A stretch of 10,561 nt of DNA, taken from positions 1 through 10,561 of the forward strand of contig JBBQPO010000218.1 in assembly GCA_038217285.1 (NCBI GenBank), given 5' to 3'. The stretch comes from Chthonomonadales bacterium. Lineage in GTDB: Bacteria > Armatimonadota > Chthonomonadetes > Chthonomonadales > Chthonomonadaceae. Below, in pieces: positions 6,246-10,561 of the stretch. A program made the position numbers and the translations under genes. Each line of letters begins with the position of its first letter. Position 1 is the stretch's first letter. Below the pieces are notes generated by a model that saw nothing but the letters and a program-made list of their open reading frames with translations, was not told the origin of the DNA and did not search any database.

Positions 6246-7793
6246 ATGACCACGACATCTCTGCCTGCTCTCCCCAGCCTGGAACAACTCAAACACCAGG
6301 CCAAGGACCTCGTCAAACAGTTTAAGGCGCACAGTCCCGAGGCGATACGCCGGGTACAGTCTCATCTGCCCCGAGCCACCGGCGTTCCCACGGAATCCCT
6401 CTCCGCTACGAAATTGACACTCAGCGAAGCCCAGTTCGTTCTCGCCCGTGAGTATGCGTTCCCCAGTTGGCCCCGCCTCAAGCGCCATATCGAGACGTCT
6501 CAGCCGGATCAGGATGCCGCGCTCGAAGCCTTCAAGCGCGCGGTTCAGGAGGGAGACAGCCGAAAGCTCCGCACATTACTGCGCACCTATCCGACGCTGA
6601 AAGCCCAGATCGATGCCCCACTGTTCTCGTTTGACTCTCCGGCAGTCTTAAGTGCCGCGAGTCGGAACGATAGAAAGATGATGGAGGCGCTGCTGGAGCA
6701 TGGCGCGGACATCAATGGCAGAAGTCAATGGTGGGCCGGAGGGTTTGGCGTCCTGCCAAACAGTGATCCGGAATTCGCCGCCTATCTTGTCGAGCGCGGT
6801 GCGGTGGTGGATGTGTGGGCTGCGGCGGGAATGAAGCGTCTGGACCGCCTGGAAGCGCTGCTTAGAGAGGAGCCCTCTCTCGTGAATGCGCGGGGCGGAG
6901 ACGGCCAGAGTCCGCTGCATTTCGCGGCGTCGGTCGAGGTCGCCCAGTTCCTACTGGATCATGGAGCGGAGATCGACCTGCGTGACATCGACCATGGCAG
7001 CACACCGGCGCAGTGGATGGCGGCGGATCGGCCGGAGGTCTGCCGGTATCTGCTCACGCGGGGCGCGGAGCTCGACATCTTCATGGCAGTACAACTTGGC
7101 GACGTCGAATTGGTCCGGCAGGCGCTCGCCGCCGATCCCGACAGCCTTCATGCCATTGTCGGTCAGGGCAAACTCACCTCGGGCGCATCGAACGGCGGCC
7201 ATATCTACATGTATACGCTCCGGAACGGTCACAGCCCTCTCTATCTCGCCGCAGAGTTGGGCCATAAGGAGATCTGCCGCCTGCTGTCAACGCAGAGTTC
7301 ACCGCTGGAGAGGCTGCTGGCCGCCTGCCTGAGTGCGGATGAGGCGACCATTCGGGCCGCCCTTGCAGAGAACCCGAATGTCGTCCGATCCCTTCCCCCG
7401 GAGCAGATGCGGCTGATTGCGGATGCGGCCTGGGCGCACAAGACCGAGACGGTTCGTTTGATGCTTCAGATCGGGTTCGACATAGAGGCGCGAGGAGACG
7501 ACGATTCCACGGCGCTGAACCGCGCCGCCGTGCGTGGTTTTGCGGATCTAATCGAGTTGTTGCTGGCGAACGGCGCCTCTCCGGAAGCGAAGAACGCATT
7601 CGGCGGCACGGCGTTGGGCGCTTGCCTATGGGGCGCGGAGAACTTCTGTGATCCGGACGGGGACTATGCCGCCTCGGTCAAGAGACTGCTGGCCGCCAGC
7701 GACCCCCTTGCGGATGTCCGCTATCCCAACGCGAACAAGGCTGTCAATGCGGTGCTGCGCCGCTATCTGCAACAGAAGGCCGTCACACCCTGA
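6246..7793 (+). CDS. Ankyrin-repeat protein with N-terminal LPxxPSLEQLKxQAK...LSEAQFVLAREYxFPSW domain
   Basis: Strong SD AAGGAGGT at 6234-6241. Ankyrin motifs (LLEHGADIN, GDGQSPLHFAA...LLDHGAEID, GHSPLYLAAELGH, DDSTALNRAAVRGFADLIELLLANGA, FGGTALG). No signal peptide, so probably cytoplasmic. Confidence 0.92.
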   Translation: MTTTSLPALPSLEQLKHQAKDLVKQFKAHSPEAIRRVQSHLPRATGVPTESLSATKLTLSEAQFVLAREYAFPSWPRLKRHIETSQPDQDAALEAFKRAVQEGDSRKLRTLLRTYPTLKAQIDAPLFSFDSPAVLSAASRNDRKMMEALLEHGADINGRSQWWAGGFGVLPNSDPEFAAYLVERGAVVDVWAAAGMKRLDRLEALLREEPSLVNARGGDGQSPLHFAASVEVAQFLLDHGAEIDLRDIDHGSTPAQWMAADRPEVCRYLLTRGAELDIFMAVQLGDVELVRQALAADPDSLHAIVGQGKLTSGASNGGHIYMYTLRNGHSPLYLAAELGHKEICRLLSTQSSPLERLLAACLSADEATIRAALAENPNVVRSLPPEQMRLIADAAWAHKTETVRLMLQIGFDIEARGDDDSTALNRAAVRGFADLIELLLANGASPEAKNAFGGTALGACLWGAENFCDPDGDYAASVKRLLAASDPLADVRYPNANKAVNAVLRRYLQQKAVTP

Positions 7794-7823
7794 TACGAGG
7801 GCGCCTGCCTTCGATCTACCGAA

Positions 7824-7863
7824 CGCTATTGCGGAAAGCCAGGGGCGACTTTCCGCAATGGCG
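7824..7863. terminator. 15-bp hairpin between the convergent ankyrin and lptF/G genes; putative bidirectional terminator
   Basis: CGCTATTGCGGAAAG (7824-7838), 10-nt loop, CTTTCCGCAATGGCG (7849-7863), with one G-U pair. No U-tract. Confidence 0.55.
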
Positions 7864-7893
7864 CTCGAACAGCGAGTTGAACGATCCATGAGC

Positions 7894-9042
7894 CTATTCG
7901 CTGCGACGCAGGACGATCAGGCCAACGACCGCGAAGATCACGTTTTGCATCCAGGCCGCGATATGGGGAGCCAGCAAGGGAGCGCCGCCCTCTGGCCCCA
8001 CCGAGCCCAGAATTCGCATCAGCAGCATCGTGTTCCAGTAGACGAATACCAGGCAGATCGAGAGCAGTGTTCCCATGAAGCCGCCGCCGCGGGCGAACCG
8101 CATCGCCATCGGGGGACAACAGAGCGCCATCACCAGACAGGAGAACGGCACGGAGAGCTTGAAGTTGTAGTTGAGAATGGCATAGGGATCGATGACGCCC
8201 TGCGCCGCATTGCGCTTCACATCCTCCCGGAGTTGCAGGAATGACCGGGAAGAGGAGCCCGCCATCTTCCACATCGGCAACTGGAGCTGAAACGCGCTCT
8301 TAAACGCCTGCGGATCGACCGAGATGAAGAGCAGGAACCTCCCCTCCTTTGTCGGCTTCAGTTTCTCCCAGTCGGTGTTCTTACTGTTTCGGCGAAAACC
8401 GGCGGGTTGGTAGAGGGTCCAGACGCCGTTCTCGAACCGGCCGTTCTCCGCGAACACGTCGATCGGAGTCACGTCGCCCGTCGAGACGGCCTGTGGACTG
8501 GCGACGATCTGGACGCCATGAAGCTCGATATAGCCGTGTCGCCGAAAGAGACTGCGGACGTTGATGGCGTAGGCGTTGTCGGCGGACGTGATCCACTGTC
8601 CTGGGACCGGGGCCAACGTTTTGAGTTGGGTCGGAATCTCGTCCAGCACCCCCTGAAACTTTTCCACCGACTTCGGAACCAGATACTCTCCAAAGAAGAA
8701 ATCGCCGACGCTCACCACCAGCCCCGTCAGAAAGATCGGCAGGAAGATCCGCGCCATGCTGATCCCTGCCGCTCGCAGCACCGTGATCTCCGAATCGCGC
8801 CCCAATCGACTGACCGCGAGCGAGGCTGCGACCGCCATCGCGACCGGCATGGTCATGTGAACGAGAAACGGAATGAAGTACAGCACCATGCGCACGATGA
8901 AGCGCAGCGGCACCTGATTCGCCAGCAGTACGTCGGCGTTGTTGTAGAGCACGCTGCCCGTCAGCAACAGGACGATGGCCCCCTGCCCGATCATGAAGGG
9001 AACCACCATTTCGCGCAGCATATATCGGTCCAGAAGTTTCAC
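7894..9042 (-). CDS. LptF/LptG (YjgP/YjgQ) family LPS export ABC transporter permease
   Basis: N-terminal MKLLDRYMLREMVVPF; the LGRDSEITVLRAAGISMARI signature; three TMs, a periplasmic domain, then three TMs (KLSVPFSCLVMAL...SICLVFVYW...LAPHIAAWMQNVIF). GTG start with a GAGG SD-like sequence upstream. Confidence 0.92.
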   Translation of the reverse strand: MKLLDRYMLREMVVPFMIGQGAIVLLLTGSVLYNNADVLLANQVPLRFIVRMVLYFIPFLVHMTMPVAMAVAASLAVSRLGRDSEITVLRAAGISMARIFLPIFLTGLVVSVGDFFFGEYLVPKSVEKFQGVLDEIPTQLKTLAPVPGQWITSADNAYAINVRSLFRRHGYIELHGVQIVASPQAVSTGDVTPIDVFAENGRFENGVWTLYQPAGFRRNSKNTDWEKLKPTKEGRFLLFISVDPQAFKSAFQLQLPMWKMAGSSSRSFLQLREDVKRNAAQGVIDPYAILNYNFKLSVPFSCLVMALCCPPMAMRFARGGGFMGTLLSICLVFVYWNTMLLMRILGSVGPEGGAPLLAPHIAAWMQNVIFAVVGLIVLRRSE

Positions 9043-9114
9043 GCGTCCACCCTCGTCCAGTCGTCAATAGTTGCCTGTCATGGAGACAGACGGCAGCGCT
9101 CGTCGTACAAATCT

Positions 9115-9125
9115 AGTATAGCACA
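9115..9125 (-). promoter_or_regulatory. Putative extended -10 promoter for lptF/G
   Basis: On the - strand TGTGCTATACT (TRTG-n-TATACT), about 72 nt upstream of the GTG start. Confidence 0.5.
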
Positions 9126-9203
9126 GCGCACTTCTTGTGGGTCAGATCAAAAATTGGGGGCCGGAACTACCGGGGATCCGAAGATGCGGCGCTGATAATT
9201 TCA

Positions 9204-9212
9204 TGGTATAAT
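9204..9212 (+). promoter_or_regulatory. Putative extended -10 promoter for the Cys-motif gene (and possibly sixA)
   Basis: TGGTATAAT is a perfect TGnTATAAT in the divergent intergenic region. Confidence 0.55.
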
Positions 9213-9346
9213 GATAGTGTCGGAGGGAGCAGTCCTTGCGATGGTTCACAAAAAAATAGAACGCCCAATGTTCCGTGGCGGAGCCGCCAGCGCACCCGCT
9301 TTCGAGTATCGGAGTGAGGTGCAGCGGTACGGAGGTTGACGACGGA

Positions 9347-9673
9347 ATGAAGACCAGCTTGAAATGTCATTGTGGTCAACGTATCTTGCGGCGCGACGTG
9401 ATGCAGCAGGGCTACTACGTGAAGCAGTTTGGCCCGAGCTTCGTCTACATCAAATACCGTTGCTCCCGCTGCAAGAAACTGGGCGAGCACTTCGTGAAGC
9501 AGGAAGAGTGGGAAGACGGTCTTCTGCAGGACGTCCAGACCGAAGCGAAAGAGGAAGAGCGCACCCGCTTTTCCGGCCTAGGCGCGATTACCCTGGAGGA
9601 GATGCGGCAGTTTCATCACGCCCTGGAGACGACGCAAGCCATTCCCAACCCGCTTGTGGAAGAGCCCGAATAG
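9347..9673 (+). CDS. Hypothetical 108-aa protein with CxC...CxxC putative zinc-ribbon
   Basis: ATG at 9347 preceded by GGAGGT (9331-9336), preferred over the ORF-track start at 9275. MKTSLKCHCGQ...YRCSRCKK followed by an acidic helical C-terminus. GC3-rich codon usage. Confidence 0.78.
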   Translation: MKTSLKCHCGQRILRRDVMQQGYYVKQFGPSFVYIKYRCSRCKKLGEHFVKQEEWEDGLLQDVQTEAKEEERTRFSGLGAITLEEMRQFHHALETTQAIPNPLVEEPE

Positions 9674-9751
9674 AGACAGATTAACATCGCAAGACGCCAG
9701 CCCTTTCCGGGAGTCCGTTCCGTCCGCTGCGGTGAAGCCCAGAGAAGTAGG

Positions 9752-9777
9752 GAAGCGTCGCCATGAGGCGACGCTTC
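9752..9777 (+). terminator. Perfect 11-bp hairpin between the Cys-motif gene and sixA (terminator/attenuator or mRNA-stabilising stem)
   Basis: GAAGCGTCGCC, loop ATGA, GGCGACGCTTC, extendable by two G-U pairs. Followed by a weak T-rich run and then the sixA SD. Confidence 0.5.
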
Positions 9778-9798
9778 TTCATGTGAGGAGCCACGATT

Positions 9799-10293
9799 TT
9801 GCATCTCTTCTTTCTTCGCCACGGCAAAGCCGAAGACTGGTATCCCGGCATCACCGACGCCGACCGGCAACTGACCCCGGAAGGCATCGCGGAGATGCGG
9901 CAGGAGGCGCTCGCTTTCGCCGCATTGAACCCCCGTATCGACCTGATCTACACCAGTCCCTATCCCCGCGCCCTCGAAACCGCGCGCCTCGTCGCAGAAG
10001 CCCTCGCGCTGCCATCCGAACAGTTCCATATCGTGCCGGAGATGGCGGCTGGAGGTTTCCGGATGGGCGTCTTACAGACCCTGACCGCAAAACTTCCGCC
10101 CAGCGCGCGCGTTCTCTTCGTAGGACACGAGCCGGATCTCAGTTCGGTGGCCGGTCAGCTCATCGGCGGCACGCAGATCGAGCTCAAAAAGGGCGGACTC
10201 ATCTACATCGAATCGATCCGCCCACAGCCGGGCGACGGTGTGCTGCGCTGGCTGCTCTCCCCACGCCATCTTACCCGCCTGGCCCAGGAGTAA
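9799..10293 (+). CDS. sixA: Phosphohistidine phosphatase SixA (histidine phosphatase superfamily)
   Basis: LFFLRHGKAE catalytic RHG motif, D..RQLT.EG, TSPYPRALETA, VGHEPDLS and LKKGG motifs; 164 aa. TTG start with GAGGAG SD at 9785-9790. Confidence 0.92.
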   Translation: MHLFFLRHGKAEDWYPGITDADRQLTPEGIAEMRQEALAFAALNPRIDLIYTSPYPRALETARLVAEALALPSEQFHIVPEMAAGGFRMGVLQTLTAKLPPSARVLFVGHEPDLSSVAGQLIGGTQIELKKGGLIYIESIRPQPGDGVLRWLLSPRHLTRLAQE

Positions 10294-10313
10294 CCTTTAC
10301 GCCGAAGAAAGCC

Positions 10314-10336
10314 ATGGAATGAATAATTCATTCCAT
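10314..10336. promoter_or_regulatory. Perfect AT-rich 23-bp palindrome; candidate operator
   Basis: ATGGAATGAAT-A-ATTCATTCCAT: 11-bp perfect arms with a 1-nt centre. Confidence 0.45.
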
Positions 10337-10457
10337 ACAGCCACTCTCCGCCCAGGTCGCTCGATGCAACCCAACCTTCATCGCGTTTGCGGCGTCCAAA
10401 GCCACGAGGAACTGCCTGGTCTTCGCTGCGCTCGCTTGGAAGCCGCCTTGCGCTCAA

Positions 10458-10491
10458 TCACCAGGCACACCTCACCAGGAAAAACTATAAT
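10458..10491 (+). promoter_or_regulatory. Putative promoter for the next (out-of-window) gene
   Basis: TATAAT at 10486-10491, preceded by the direct repeat TCACCAGG at 10458-10465 and 10472-10479. A possible ATG at 10547 runs off the window (MRKRH...). Confidence 0.35.
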
Positions 10492-10561
10492 GGTCGGGGG
10501 AATCTAGACACGGAAACGGGCAAAAATAAGTTAGACTCAAGACACCATGAGAAAACGACAT

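Noticed and set aside
7648-9195. Overlapping ORFs 7648-8244, 8407-9195, 8381-9067 and 7826-8272
   Set aside because: They are antisense or alternate frames of the well-supported LptF/G gene, with low-complexity Arg/His-rich translations.
9236-9260. GCGATGG as a possible fluoride riboswitch start
   Set aside because: The complementary TCGCC strand and downstream conserved elements are missing, and the downstream gene is not fluoride-related.
9275-9346. ORF-track start at 9275 for the Cys-motif protein
   Set aside because: No SD there, whereas ATG 9347 has GGAGGT; the extension overlaps stem-loops and looks non-coding.
9654-10507. ORFs 9654-10322, 10238-10507 and 10203-10457
   Set aside because: They are alternate frames overlapping sixA or regulatory DNA, with no motifs or SD support.

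Overview
GC-rich bacterial chromosomal window. The style of the prepilin/H-X9-DG protein, its small single-TM partner and an LPS-transport permease suggest Armatimonadota (inference). Gene order: two tandem CRTAC1/ASPIC-UnbV FG-GAP proteins (first truncated by the window edge) and a membrane-anchored TPR protein on +; convergently, a DUF1559-type prepilin/H-X9-DG gene and a 73-aa single-TM gene on -; a divergent AT-rich control region; an ankyrin-repeat gene with an N-terminal 'LPxxPSLEQLKxQAK...AREYxFxSW' domain on +; a lone LptF/LptG permease on -; then a small Cys-motif protein and SixA on +. No mobile element, tRNA/rRNA or CRISPR array is evident. The most interesting element is the ~125-nt leader of the ankyrin gene (6119-6245). 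It can form a 5' hairpin and a long hairpin that buries the Shine-Dalgarno, and the loop of that hairpin is complementary to an upstream 7-mer (possible pseudoknot). It is a candidate cis-regulatory RNA, possibly paired with the protein's N-terminal domain.
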